Source: the human T2T-CHM13v2.0 reference genome, Homo sapiens. From it: a DNA stretch of 64,000 bases. Shown one piece after another: positions 29,949-44,754 of this stretch. A program made the position numbers and the translations under genes. The notes beneath the pieces are model-generated. The model was not told where the DNA came from. It made no database searches and worked only from the letters and a program-made list of their open reading frames with translations. The stretch is from NCBI RefSeq assembly GCF_009914755.1, contig NC_060926.1; one strand, given 5' to 3'. Every line of letters starts with the position of its first letter. Position 1 is the first letter of the stretch.

Positions 29949-32900
29949 TCAAATGCTTTTTCAAGTTTATGTAACGTAAGTAAAATCTTTAATAAATAAG
30001 TTAGCTTTAAAATGATTGGTAAATTAATACTAGAAATGTCTTAAGAATTGCCAGTGTACTTTTTTTTTGCACTTACTAATCAAGCAATTTCATACTTACC
30101 TCTGTCAAATTCTATAAAGTGTCAAAATTTGGCATAGCAGCTACAAATCTATAAACCCAGCCCCAAAAAGAATGATCTTTGCTTATGTAATTTTTAATAA
30201 ATAAGAAATTGATACTGGTTTAATGAAAATAGCTACATCTTGAATTTAGTAAGATGACCGTAACTTCTAATCTTGTGTCTTTAGGCAGTCTAGTCCACAG
30301 GCAGTAAGGTTTGTTTTGGGAAAATACTTTTATCATCTTTGTTTCAAAGCTAAACTATAAACTAAATTCTTCCCCAAATTAGTTCAGCCTATGCCCAGGA
30401 ACGAACAAGAACAGCCTTGAGGTTAGAAGCAAGATGGAGTCAGTTAGGTTAGATCTTTTTCACTGTCTCAGTTATAATTTTACAATGGTGGTTCCATACA
30501 TTAAATGGTGACTATTACAGTTTTCATAAATAATCCAGGTAAATGATTAAAATAAAATAATTAGGTAAATACAATAGGATAAATACTGTCGAAAAACTCA
30601 TCGTAATTTAGAATCTAAATTTATATAAAATTAAATAATAGTTATTTCATTATTTGTGTATTTTCCAATAAAAATAAATTGTAGAAAAACATTATTTCTA
30701 AAAATGTGTTTTTTTAAAGAAGAACAATTTTTGTCTAATTCAAAGCTTATTTAAAGTTTATATGTAAAACAGAATAAAAGGAACCAGGAAATAAGAGAGA
30801 AGTAAAGAAAGTTATAAAAATAATGAGGTTTTTTTGTGAGGGTAAGAAAGCTTGAAGATAAATAATTTTATAGGAGAAAGAAGCTTGTATGGCAAATTTT
30901 GTCCTAGAATAAAATGACTGGTTGTTCAAGAAAGAGGGATGCTCACGACAAACCAGAAAGTCCATGCCTGTCATTAACGGTCTGTGTATGTCAAAGTAAG
31001 AGGGTACATTTAAAAAAACACACAAAAACTTTTTATATGATGAAGTTGTCTATAATTAAAGGGAAATTATAATGGTATTTCTAGATGTTGGATTTGATGT
31101 AAAAATCACTTATACACTAAATAATTGGTTACAACAATGAAATTTTCTTAAGGGATTGACTTACTCTTAATAAATTGTAAGAAATTTTAATTTTTTTAAA
31201 CCCAATGTTCAACTTTTATTGCATCTTGCCATTTTCGATTTTCTCTCCCCTTTTAAGGGTGAAAAATAGTAACACTCTCCATCAACTCTTTTCAGCTCAT
31301 ATAAGTTTTATTCCTCGAGTTTTGTTTGTTGTGGCCTGATGCTAACAACATTTTCTTAAAGGTCTAAAGGAAATGTTTTCTTTCAACATATTATTCTGTG
31401 CATTGCAGGAGGTCTTTTCTTTTGCCCTTTGGTAACTGGTCTAAGAGAGTTTATGGTGTATCAAAACAATTCCTATGCAATTATTATTACATTTTGGTTT
31501 TCTTAGAAAAAAACCTGAGATTTTTTTCTTTAATTAAGGTTATTACATCCATGTATCTTTCTGTATTTGCTTTTAAAGTTCTTGTGACATTGAGTTTCAG
31601 GGCTGTGATTCCTGGGTCTAAAAAGGATACCAAGTCCTCCTAAATCTTAAACACTGACAGCAATTAAAGCCTCATTTTCAGGCCTGGTAGCAAATTCCAA
31701 TCAAAATAAACTGCATTCCTGAGACACAGGGCCAGAAATTAAAGCTATTCAACTGCTCAAGGCCCTGGGACTACCATAGAAGAGGTGGGTGTGTGAAATT
31801 AAATGGGCTGATTTTGAGAGATAAAATAAGTCCAATTTCTCTATAAATTAATCATTAATGTCAAAGGCATACTGTTGCAAAATGAGCATATGGGCCCCTG
31901 TGTCAGATTAACAAGGTTTCCTTGAAGCATTAACCAACTCCTTAAAAAAGGTTATGAAGGTTATAAAAGGCTTAGGGAAGTTATATCTTATGATCAAGAG
32001 TAAAATTTTAGTGATTGTTTATGAGATTTTGAAAAACAAATTTAACTGGCTTCATGCTGTTTTTATAAGGGCTTATAGTTTGGAAAATCAAGTCTCCTTT
32101 CTCAAAGAGTGAAGGTTTATACCTTTTTTTGAAATCCTTGAGTCAGCATGTTAGCCAAATAAATGACTTATTTTACAATGATCTGTGATATCAAGTGTTT
32201 TAAGCCTTTGATATTCGACAAACCTCAAAATCAAATTATAAGTTGTGTCTTTTTCTGACCCAACTAATCCTTTAAGGTGTCGTGTTCCCTAAAGTCCAAA
32301 AATGACAGAATTTGGCTTATTTTGTGTAAAAATTATACAGGAAGCATTGTCAAATATGAAATTGTGTTTGGTTTTTTGGGGGGCTATCTTTGTATAAATA
32401 TGTTATTGGTATGTGTTCCAAAATTATGGGAAATGCCTATATTTCTGATATGACTTATTATACATTATCAGTAATAATTATAATTGTTATTTTAAATTAT
32501 TATGTGCCACAGAGGTAACACATTTCCTTGTCAATTTTGTCTTTGACTATAGCTACCCTAAAACTTTTTGTCATCCACAGATGATTGTTGTCTTGTTTTG
32601 GTCCTCTTTAGAAGGCAGTTTTATAATCAGCTACAAAATTCTAACAATTGCTCTTGAATCCAGGTTTCTGTTAACTTTAGAGATGGTGACATCAGAATAG
32701 AGGAGAAACTTTCAGGACTCACAGAGAGCTAAAATGTTCATGAATATCAAGCAAAACAGGAATTAACTGCATGGACTGAACTAATTTGACTTTTTGCTTA
32801 AAACCTTGCTGGTTCTTTGTTTTGTTTTTTTAGAGTCAAGAAAACTTCTTTTGAGCTATTGACAGCTTTTAACAATTTAGTATACTTCTATAAACAGAAT

Positions 32901-34062
32901 TTGAAGTATACTTGTTTCTCTCTACCTGATTTCTTCAGAATTTGGAAACTATTGGTGAGTATTCTTATGGCAAAATAGTTATTTGCATAAGTGCAATAAG
33001 AATCTGTTTTCATTTATAACAGGACACAATTGGAGAAACTGGTTATTTTTACCAAGGCTTTGACTGGAATGCTCTGCTTCCCTTTAAGGAATCAAACTTG
33101 ATTTATGGGGCCAATAAAAGCCCCTTGGGAAAACTAGTCTCATACTTTACCTATGCAGTCCCTAAACAGGGTTCCTGACCTGTGATAAGTAAAGAATGTC
33201 ACTTTCTGAAAGGCCCAGAATCCCCAAGTTTATCTTGGGACTGCAAGAGGAGAGGAATTCACCTAACTCATAGGTATTTAATGATACAAATCCATGGTTG
33301 CACTTGGCTTTAAAAAAGTGTTATCTGAGATTCCTTCTGTGGAACAAAGTTCCATCAAAGCCAATTTAAAAGCCTATGTAAAAAATAATTGTTCTTGCTG
33401 TACTGTATACAAATAATTTGACCAAGTATAATAAAGAAAATCAATCTTACCATGATTTGTCTTTAGTAAAAATGAAAAATAGAGAGATTAAAATTATGTT
33501 TCAAAAACTATAGTACACCTGTTAGATTCTAGTCTTGCCTAATATTTTTCAATTTTTCTTATTTTCTACAGTTTGGAAGAAATTCTAATTTTTCTTGGCT
33601 GCAAATCTTCAAAATAACGTTTTCAATTTTTTGCCTTCTTTTTCCCCTAGTTTTCCTAATTTGGAAGTCACTGAAAAGTAAGTTGTGCTTTCTTAAAGCC
33701 TTGCTTACTGAAGCTAGAGAACTTAAACTTCAAAAGATAATAACAGCAACCTATTTACATACACAAACCACTTTCATATCTCCCTACTGATATATGGACT
33801 TCAGAGTAATGTGGCTTGTATAGATTTTCCAGGATTGTTCTTTTGTTTGTGGTTGTTTTTCTCCCTACCTTGCCCTATTTTTTCTTCATAGGATATAAGA
33901 CTTCACAACCTGCTAAAAATGAGCTTTCCTAATAACTTGAGACCTACCCATCTAGGAATAAACCATCCTAGCCATGAGAGATCAGACAAAACCTGAAGCC
34001 AGAGACTCATTTTTATCTAAAATGCTTTCTCCAAAAGATTTTTAAAAAGAAAAGGGGTAAAT

Positions 34063-34530
34063 TATGAAAGAAAAATTAATCTTGGGGCCCCCAAATAGCT
34101 AAGCTAATGGGAAAAGTCAAGCTGGGAACTGCTTAAAGCAAACCTGCCTCCCATTCTATTCAAAGTCACACCTCTGCTCTCTGAGATTAAGGCATATCTG
34201 ATTGCCTCCTTTGGAGAGGCTAATCAGAAACTCAAAAGCATGCAAATATTTGTCTCTTATCTACCTATGACTTGGAAGCCCCCTCCCCTCTTTGAGTGTC
34301 CTGCCTTTGCTTTGAGTTGTCCCACCTTTCCAGACTGAACCAATGTTCATGCTACATGTGTTGATTGATGTCTCATGTCTCCCTAAAATGTATAAAACCA
34401 AACTGCTCTGGCCACCTTGGGCACATGTAGTCAGAACCCCCTGAGGCTGTGTCACGGGTGCGCATCTTCAAACTTGGCAAAATAAACTTACTAAATTAAC
34501 TGAGAACTGTCTCAGGTATTCATGGTTCAG
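34063..34530 (+). mobile_element. MER4A LTR (3' LTR of the MER4 provirus)
   Basis: ATCTTGGGGCCCCCAAAT..GGGAAAAGTCAAGCTGGGAACTGC; TATAAAA and AATAAA present. Confidence 0.9.
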
Positions 34531-35354
34531 TTTCCAGCAGGCGGGTAAAGTGGGGACAGATAATCACACTGTTGTCTGAAATTGAGAATAGAAAGCTATC
34601 TTTAAGAAAGCTGGTGTAGACATTCAAAGCCTGAGGACCTGTTCTCCAATTTTTGTCCCCCATAAGACTCTCAAAAGTTCTGCTTAACTTCAGCATCTCC
34701 ACCTTAGATTTCTCCTTAACTTGTAATTCCATATCAGGTTTAGAAACAGTAAGTAGCAAATCCAGAAAAGAAGTGTAACTGTTTTCAAAAGAGATGTTTG
34801 TATACAGAGAAAAGCCTGTAGATTCAACAAATAAAAAGTATTAGAACTAATTTAACAAGGTTATGGAAGATCAGATAATCTTTTAAAAGTATCAATCACA
34901 GTTCTATAATGAGTTTTCAGGGCAAACTGCCACTTTAAAATCTGGAGAGACATGTTAATCCAGAGATTGCAGCTGAGATCTGGGTACCTGAAGCAAAAAG
35001 CCCTGGGAGCCATTAACTAGTAGGAACACTTCAAATGGTAATTGGGGCAAATTGTGAGGCTGAGTGTCACACTCAGCATGACTGTGACATTCATGTGGGC
35101 AGTTGTCTCAGGTAGACCCCACATTTTTGCAGGAAGACCTTACTTCCAGGAAACCTACCAGGTTGTCAAGGATCCAAGTAAGAACACTTTATGTGACTCT
35201 GGCAGGAGGAGAGGAAAAATAATTCAAGTGAAATAAAACCAGAGCCTTTTCCATAACTAACATAAACACTTCAGGTGGAAAGACTCTACCAAAGTCAAGT
35301 CTCAGAGCAATGAGGGGTAATTCCTTTCATTTCAGCCCCCATGTCACCTAAGTA

Positions 35355-36908
<1,554 letters not shown>

Positions 36909-36909
36909 T

Positions 36910-37995
36910 AGTGGGAAAAGCTATACAAGAAGAAATACTCAAGAAGTTCAGAAGCCAAAGACATGGCTCCACAAGAAGACAAAGATTTAATTGGAAGATT
37001 ATAGAATACTTCATTTCCCATTACTTGCCTTCATCCCAACAGGACTCAGGTATAATAACAGTGGATTATAGTTTAAAGAGTTACAAGGTACATCATACAA
37101 AGAAAAACCCAAGTCAAGAGGAGAAGCAAGAACAAGCACACTAGAAGAATTTTAAGCTTCTGGAACATGTGGCAAAAAGCACTAGAAAAAGCCCAACTCC
37201 TAGCCAGATTAACGTAAAACCTCACATTCTGTTAGTGGATTCACCATATCTGGTTGTCAGAAAAATACTCCAAAGCATGCTAAAAGCCAAGACAAAACAC
37301 AGTAAAAAGTGATAAAGCAAGCATCAGAACCAGACTCAGAGATGATACAGATGCTGGAATTATCAGATAGAAAATGTAACATTATTAGGATTAATAAATG
37401 AAGAGTTCTAATGGACAAAACAGGCAACATACAAGAACAGATAAGTGATATAGGCAGAGATAGAAATTCTTGGAATGAATCAAAACAAATGCTAGGAGGA
37501 ATTTAAAAACCCTCAGTGAACGTGGAGATAGGTAAATAGAAACTTCCAAAACTGAAAGACAAGAAGAATTTGAAAATTTGAAAAAAATAAAACATCCAAG
37601 GATTGTGGATAGATATGTATGTATGTAGATATGTGTATATATATGTATTTATATATGTATATATGGAATTTCAATTATGTAAATTATCAACTGTATATCA
37701 ATACGATGTATATCATACAATTGTATATCATATAATATGTAGGATATGTGTATCATATATAATTGAAATTCCAGAAAGAGAAAAAAATAGAGAACAAAAC
37801 TGAGAAAATATTTGAAGTAATAATGCCCAAGAATTTTCCAAAAATGACATACATTAAACCACACATCCAGAAAGCTCAGAGAATACTAATCAGAAAAAAT
37901 ACCAATAAAACACATAGTTTTATGATTAAAAAAAAATTTAGAAATTTAAAGACAGAGACAAAATCTCTAAAGAAGCTGGAAGAAAAAAATACAGC
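36910..37995 (+). mobile_element. Old L1M 5'UTR/ORF1 remnant (continues from ~34900 across the Tigger)
   Basis: ORF1-like translation KTEKIFEVIMPKNFPKMTYIKPHIQKAQR. Confidence 0.7.
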
Positions 37996-37996
37996 G

Positions 37997-39380
37997 TGAC
38001 TGCTTTCAAGATTTTGTTTTCCAACAATTTGACTATGATAAGCTTGGATGAGTTTCTTTTTATATTAATTCTACTTGGAGATAAGTGAACTTGTTACATC
38101 TGTAAGTTCTCAAATTTTCATCAAACTTGAAAAATATTTAGCTGTCATTTAGAAATATTTAGTTATTTTTTCTTCAAATGTTTTTGTATCCCAACCTAAT
38201 TCCCATTTTCGTCCTTTACATTCATATTAAGCTATTGAGGATTGTTCCACTGATACCTGAATCTCTGCTGATTTTACTGAAATCTACTACCTCTAAGCTT
38301 TTCATATTAATTAATTTTGATCAGTGTTCATTTAAACGATTCTTTAATTCTTCTGTTAAGCTCATGCATTGAATCTTTCATTTTATTATATTTAAAGTTC
38401 TAGAATTTTCATTTGATTCTATTCCTTAGCTTTTCTTTCTTAGCTGAGATTTCCAATCTGTTTATTCACATTGCCTTAAATGATTTTAGAGTGTTTACCT
38501 TTAATTCTTCAAATATCTTTTTTTTTTTAAGTACATGAAAGCTTTTGTCTGCTGAGATCAACATTTGGGCCATCTTGTGTTCAGTTTCTATTGATTGCTT
38601 AAATATTTTCCTTGACTACACATCGTTCACTCCCATTTCTTTGCGCATCTAATGATTTTATGGTCTAGTGGATATTGTTTTAATATACTATAAAGACTCT
38701 CAATTTGTCATGTTCCTTGGGAAAAGTTTTATTCTTGGTTTGATAGGCAATTAAAGAACTGGTTTACTACCTCAAACTTTTGTAAGACTTGATTTTATGC
38801 TTCTAAGTATAACCTGTGGACATTCAAATGTGTCACAGCTTCTGTGGTAGTACTTGGTAGTACTAAAACTCCAAATTTTGCTTCTCTTGCTACAGCTTGG
38901 CTTGTAGATCTTTCTGTGTGGCGTAGTTCTGGCTTTTGAGGTCCAGATTTTTGCCTTGTGTTAACTGCATATAAAGATGTTAATAAGGTTTTAAAATTAC
39001 CTATCCTTTCTCTCTGAGTCAGAACTGCAATGTCCCCTAACACCATTTTTCCTCCAACAATGCTTAATTTCTGGTTTCTCACTACTGTTCTCATATTCAT
39101 AGTGGCTGCTAGTAGGAATGCTTTGGTCTTCCTCTGTTTAACTTAAACACTCCCCGCAGCTATGAATTTACCATAGCCCTCACATAAACTTCTGGAGATT
39201 CCTCTTTGCTCAGCTCCATAGTCTCAGAGGTACTACTCTGCATCACCTATTTCTGCTTCCTCATAATCTAATCTCTACGTCTTCAGCTCTTCAACACTAT
39301 CATAAGCTGCAGGAAATCCAGTTCCTCAAGGCAATGAGAAAGTATCCCCAAACAGAGATTTGAGTAATTATGGAACAAAC
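37997..39380 (-). mobile_element. Old L1M ORF1/5' remnant, reverse strand
   Basis: CTGCTTTCAAGATTTT, CAATTTGACTATGAT, CATCAAACTTGAAAAAT are reverse ORF1 motifs; right boundary approximate. Confidence 0.6.
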
Positions 39381-41997
39381 CACTTCCCTTCTTCCTTCTT
39401 TTCTTTCCTTCCTTTCTTTTTTTCTTTCTCTCCTTCTTTGCTTCTTCCTCTGTCCTGTTTTCATGGAAGTTTTAAGGCAAACTCTTTAAAAAAACTATAG
39501 TGCCTAAAACATATTAGCATTACATTAACATGGGGTGACTGAATGACTTGCTAAATTACATGGTATCATCGCTAAATATTTGGAAGAATCCACAGAAGTC
39601 GTTATGTCAGTGTGAGTTAAATTTCTTGAGGAAAAAAAATACAGATGAAGAAAGTGAAATAATCTTTTAGGTAAATGATATCCTCAGTTTAAAAAGGAAA
39701 AGAAAGTTAATTATTTGAATTATGATTTATTGGCAGAGGAGATAGTTTTGTCAAGGTCATTTGGAGGCTGGAAAGTAACTACTTGGTCCCAAAGAAGTTG
39801 TTATTGGGAAATGAAAGAAAAGGAAGATCCAATTAACATTGAGCCAAGTATAATGTGGCAAAAAGCTTGGATACCTCAGATTAGATACACTTTTAACTGA
39901 TGCTAACAATTTGGACTTTACTAGCTCATAAAGGATTTTTATAAGATATTAAGCAGGGAAGTTAAGTAATAGAGCCTACAACTTTTGAGATTATTCTTTC
40001 AATACTAAGTATGAAAAACTATACTGTTTCAAATTATAAATAATAAATCATAAAATTAGTAGAAGAAAAATTGTCACATTTTTGTCATCCATAAAGAGTT
40101 AAAATAGTGGTGTTTATTCCTTACAGAATTTTTTAAATTTCTCATAAAATAATTGTCATATATTTGAGAAATTCTATCTAGCATTCTAACATATATTCTA
40201 GAAGATCGTATTAATAGCTCTACAGTAAATCTTCTCATTACATTAATATTAAAATCACTTTATAACAATTACATAGAGTACATATAAGTAAAATAGATGC
40301 ACACTCGGGATCACTACAATGCTTAAAGACTTAATTTAGTCCATTTTGAAATTTCTATAAACAGAAGAGCTATGCTTAGCCATGGTGATAAAAATTTACT
40401 CTTTGATTTTATAATTTGGAGCATTTGTGAAATTGTTTTAAAATTATGAACAACATCTTTTTTGTAGAAAATACATATTGGAAGAATAAAACCCGAAAGG
40501 TTATAAGAACAACAGTATTGCAACATTAGCTATAATAAACACTGCTATGAACAATGTAATATTCCAGAAAGGAAATTAATGGGTTATGAATACCCTTTGC
40601 TGGGGAGTAGAAGGGAGGTGCCATGAGAAAGAATGTGGCACACAGATGGCAGTCCTGCTTTGTCAAACACACTGGCGAGAAGAGACAAGAGTAGCATATA
40701 TTTCATATTTAAGTCTCACAATTATTTAAGTATGTATGTCTACAGTGCTTAAACATCTTTTCTGCATAACTAAGTAAGCTATTTTTGAAATAGTTGCCCT
40801 TGCTAAACACTCTCAGTGTCCTTTTTGGCATTTCCCATAGTGCAGTAGCTAAAGGTAATGAAAATAAGAACTTTCTTTCAGTAGTCCAACTTTTCTTGTA
40901 TTAACTAATCACTTAAAATGTATCAGAATACTTTTTCAAATGTTGCTGAAACAGAGAATATTCTTTCTGCTTAAGAAGAATACATTTTGTTTTGTAATGA
41001 GAAAAGGCATACACAATAAAGGTCCAATTCTTTCTCTGACAACCCCCCAAAAAATTATAAAAAGTAAGTAACTAAACAATTAATCTGCTAGATTAGAAAA
41101 GAGACATTTTTATATTTTTAGACAAATAGTGATAGATATTCTCCAAGTGAGGAAGTAGTATAGACTCAGACAATGTCCTCTTTGTTCTGTTTGAAAAACA
41201 TAAACACAAATCAAACCAAAAGCAACAAATTTCAATACATGCAAAATGTGGTTTTGGGGGGTTAGTGGTAGGCATTTTATAATACACATTTTTTTCAAAT
41301 AAGAATCTTCATGAGCAACTCAACAATTTCACAGACAAGCCTTATCTGAGACCATGTTACAGCAATATCTAAAACCAAAATTACAAACAAGCAAAACAAG
41401 ACACACAAAACAAACAAACAAGAAACAACACCATGGAATAGCTCCTCATGACAAGAAGTAGATCTCTGTTTGTATTTTAAGGCAATTTTTTTTTAGTCCC
41501 ATTCTCATAGGTATGCAGGGTTTAATCCCCACCTCCCAGCCCCCTGCTACTCTCTAACTTTTTAGCATTGTTGGAAGTAGATTTATTTACCAGCTCTCTT
41601 GATGGATTGTTGATTGCTGTAGTAGTGTGTCTAACATTGACACTTCACATTTCAGCATGGAAAGCCCCAGAAGGCAAGTACAGAATATTGACCATGCTCT
41701 GATTATAGAGCTGAGTCCAGTGTCTTACTTTGCAGGAGGTTTTGTATAACCCAACGACAAAGTAAAAAACAAATTTCCTGGAAATACAGCATTTGAAATA
41801 TTAATATGTTAAAAAAACAGTAACTCTCCCTGTGGACAAACGAGGCAATCTTTAAAAAGGCATACAAACTAACTGAGAAGAAATGACTTACAAATAAAAT
41901 CTTGTTGCAGGATTGAAGTAATACATGATTCGATTCTGAACAAGAATAATAATTTGCACTCTAGTCACTAATGGCTAGTTTACTGCTTTGTTTATGA

Positions 41998-42221
41998 CAA
42001 GGGTTGGCCAGCTATAGCTCACAGGCTATCAATTCAGCTATCACTGTTTCTATAAACAAAATTTCGGTGGAACATCTCCAGTCCACTCATTTGTATGTTG
42101 TCTATGGCTTTTTATGTACTGTAAGATCAGAGTTGAGTCATTGCAACAGAGACTGTATGTCCCACATAGCTTAAAATATTTAGTATCCGGGCTTGCACAG
42201 AAAAAAAATTACCAATCCCTG
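41998..42221 (+). mobile_element. MER58A (hAT-Charlie)
   Basis: CAAGGGTTGGC...GAGTTGAGTCATTGCAACAGAGAC...AAAATATTTA...CCCTG. Confidence 0.8.
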
Positions 42222-43329
42222 ACATGGCATTACCAACCTAACAGGGATCAAACATGAGAGGCATAAAAGCCAAATAGAATCCACAGAAGTATTTTGTTTG
42301 GCTGCACAATTTTTGTTATAACTTTATTTTTACTTGTTTTTTTTACTGTTAGTTTTATTTGTGTGTCTTTACAAAGGATTTATCTTTCAGTTCTCTAAGG
42401 TACCTAGCTCTTTCTCTTGTCTCAGATACATTTACCTCTTTCATTTACCCTACCTACTTTAGGTCATTTACTTTAACCATCTGTCTCGTGAAGGAATTTC
42501 AGTTTGAAAACTTTGAGGTAGACAAAGAATAACAAATGCGGCAGCATATAATGTTGTTAAATATATAGTATGTTTATGTATACCATTTCATTTGCAGCTT
42601 AAGAAATGAAATCTAGATGAAATAAGATATTGATTTACTTTCTAATTACAGCTAGGCACTGATCAATTAAGACTAAAAGCAATTTGGTTTAGTCAATTCA
42701 ACAAATACTAGGAATCTTCTCTACTATATTTCGGTGTTCATTGGATATTATTTTCATATCGACTGTCTTTTACCTCCCATGTCTTGTTTACAATACTAGT
42801 CAGGGCCACAATACCAGCAGTTAAATCCATTGTGAGTCAACCGCATCTCTATTGCCAATATGTGACTGCACTGTTAATATCCTCACCTGCTGGCTAGTAA
42901 GGAATGTGTCACTTTACATGGTTAGTCTGACCAAAGAAAATATGACCAATATAAAGATACTTTTAGAGTTCCAAAGAAATAATGTCCCCAAAGTTATGGA
43001 CCATACCTCTGCAAGGTCATTATTTTCAGAAGACCATCACTGGTCTCACCAAATATAACACTGTGTTCCTTGTAATTTATGACACTCCAATTATGATAAC
43101 ATTCACTCTTGCATTTCAAAGCAATGTCGCTCTTTCTCTCTCTCACTATCTTGTTTTTCTTTCTTTTTCCCTATTTTTGTATATTTATCACAAAATGTAT
43201 AATATAATGTGATATGCAATATAATATACTGTAGTATAACATATGACATATATTTATATACTTTAAGTAACATGTCAAGTTGCTAAGACTGTTACCTCTC
43301 TGAGATAAATGTAAACTCTTGAGAATTAA

Positions 43330-44135
<806 letters not shown>

Positions 44136-44240
44136 AAGCATTTGCCATTAATTTTCAGACATTGTGTCTCATTCTGGGAATCCATACAGGAATAAAATAA
44201 TTTCTTGGTTCCAAATTTGGGATACTCACCATTTTAGGGA

Positions 44241-44754
44241 TTTGTCACTTCAAAGCCTACAAGCAGCAGATTAAATTAGGTGCATAAGAAGTTTATCAGG
44301 GGAAGGTCTGTGAAGGATAAAGTTGAAGGGAGCAGGTGACGGCAGGTTGGGGAGACTTCAGACCAGATGCATGTCTGACATTGGCAAAAGGAAACAGACA
44401 TAAGGAGTATTGCACTGGAGAGCTTCAGATGCATCACAGCTCTGAAAGTTTTGGCCAGGCTGAGGACCAAATCTCTGTGCAAACGTTGCCCCACAGACTA
44501 TCCCAGGTCAGGCGGAGATGACACACAGCCTTATGATGCTACATCTTCAGATCCCTCACGGGATTCACGCGTCCCCTCGGACACTTCCATCATGGTCTAT
44601 CATCATGGGAGTGGCCCAGGGGATGTGTGAACCCCGTGAAGGATCTTAAGGTGTAGCATCATAAGGCTGTCTGTCAACTGTGTTCTCCAAAGCAGGTCCT
44701 CTTGATTGGAATCTTTAAGGGACATCTGAATGGCACAACTCCATGGTCACCACA
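44241..44754 (-). mobile_element. LTR16-family (ERVL) solo LTR carrying an internal inverted duplication
   Basis: Reverse complement starts TGTGGTGACCATGGAGTTGTGCCATTCAGATGTCCC; TGTCAGACATGCATCTGGTCTGAAG and TTTATCCTTCACAG match LTR16 as recalled. Confidence 0.75.
44519..44676. repeat. Long inverted repeat: 78-nt arms, 2-nt spacer, ungapped
   Basis: 44519-44596 versus reverse complement of 44599-44676: 66/78 identical by hand count. Confidence 0.97.

Noticed and set aside
40636-40652. CTCF-like motif CACACAGATGGCAG
   Set aside because: Three mismatches in the 5' core; only an E-box is certain, which is expected by chance
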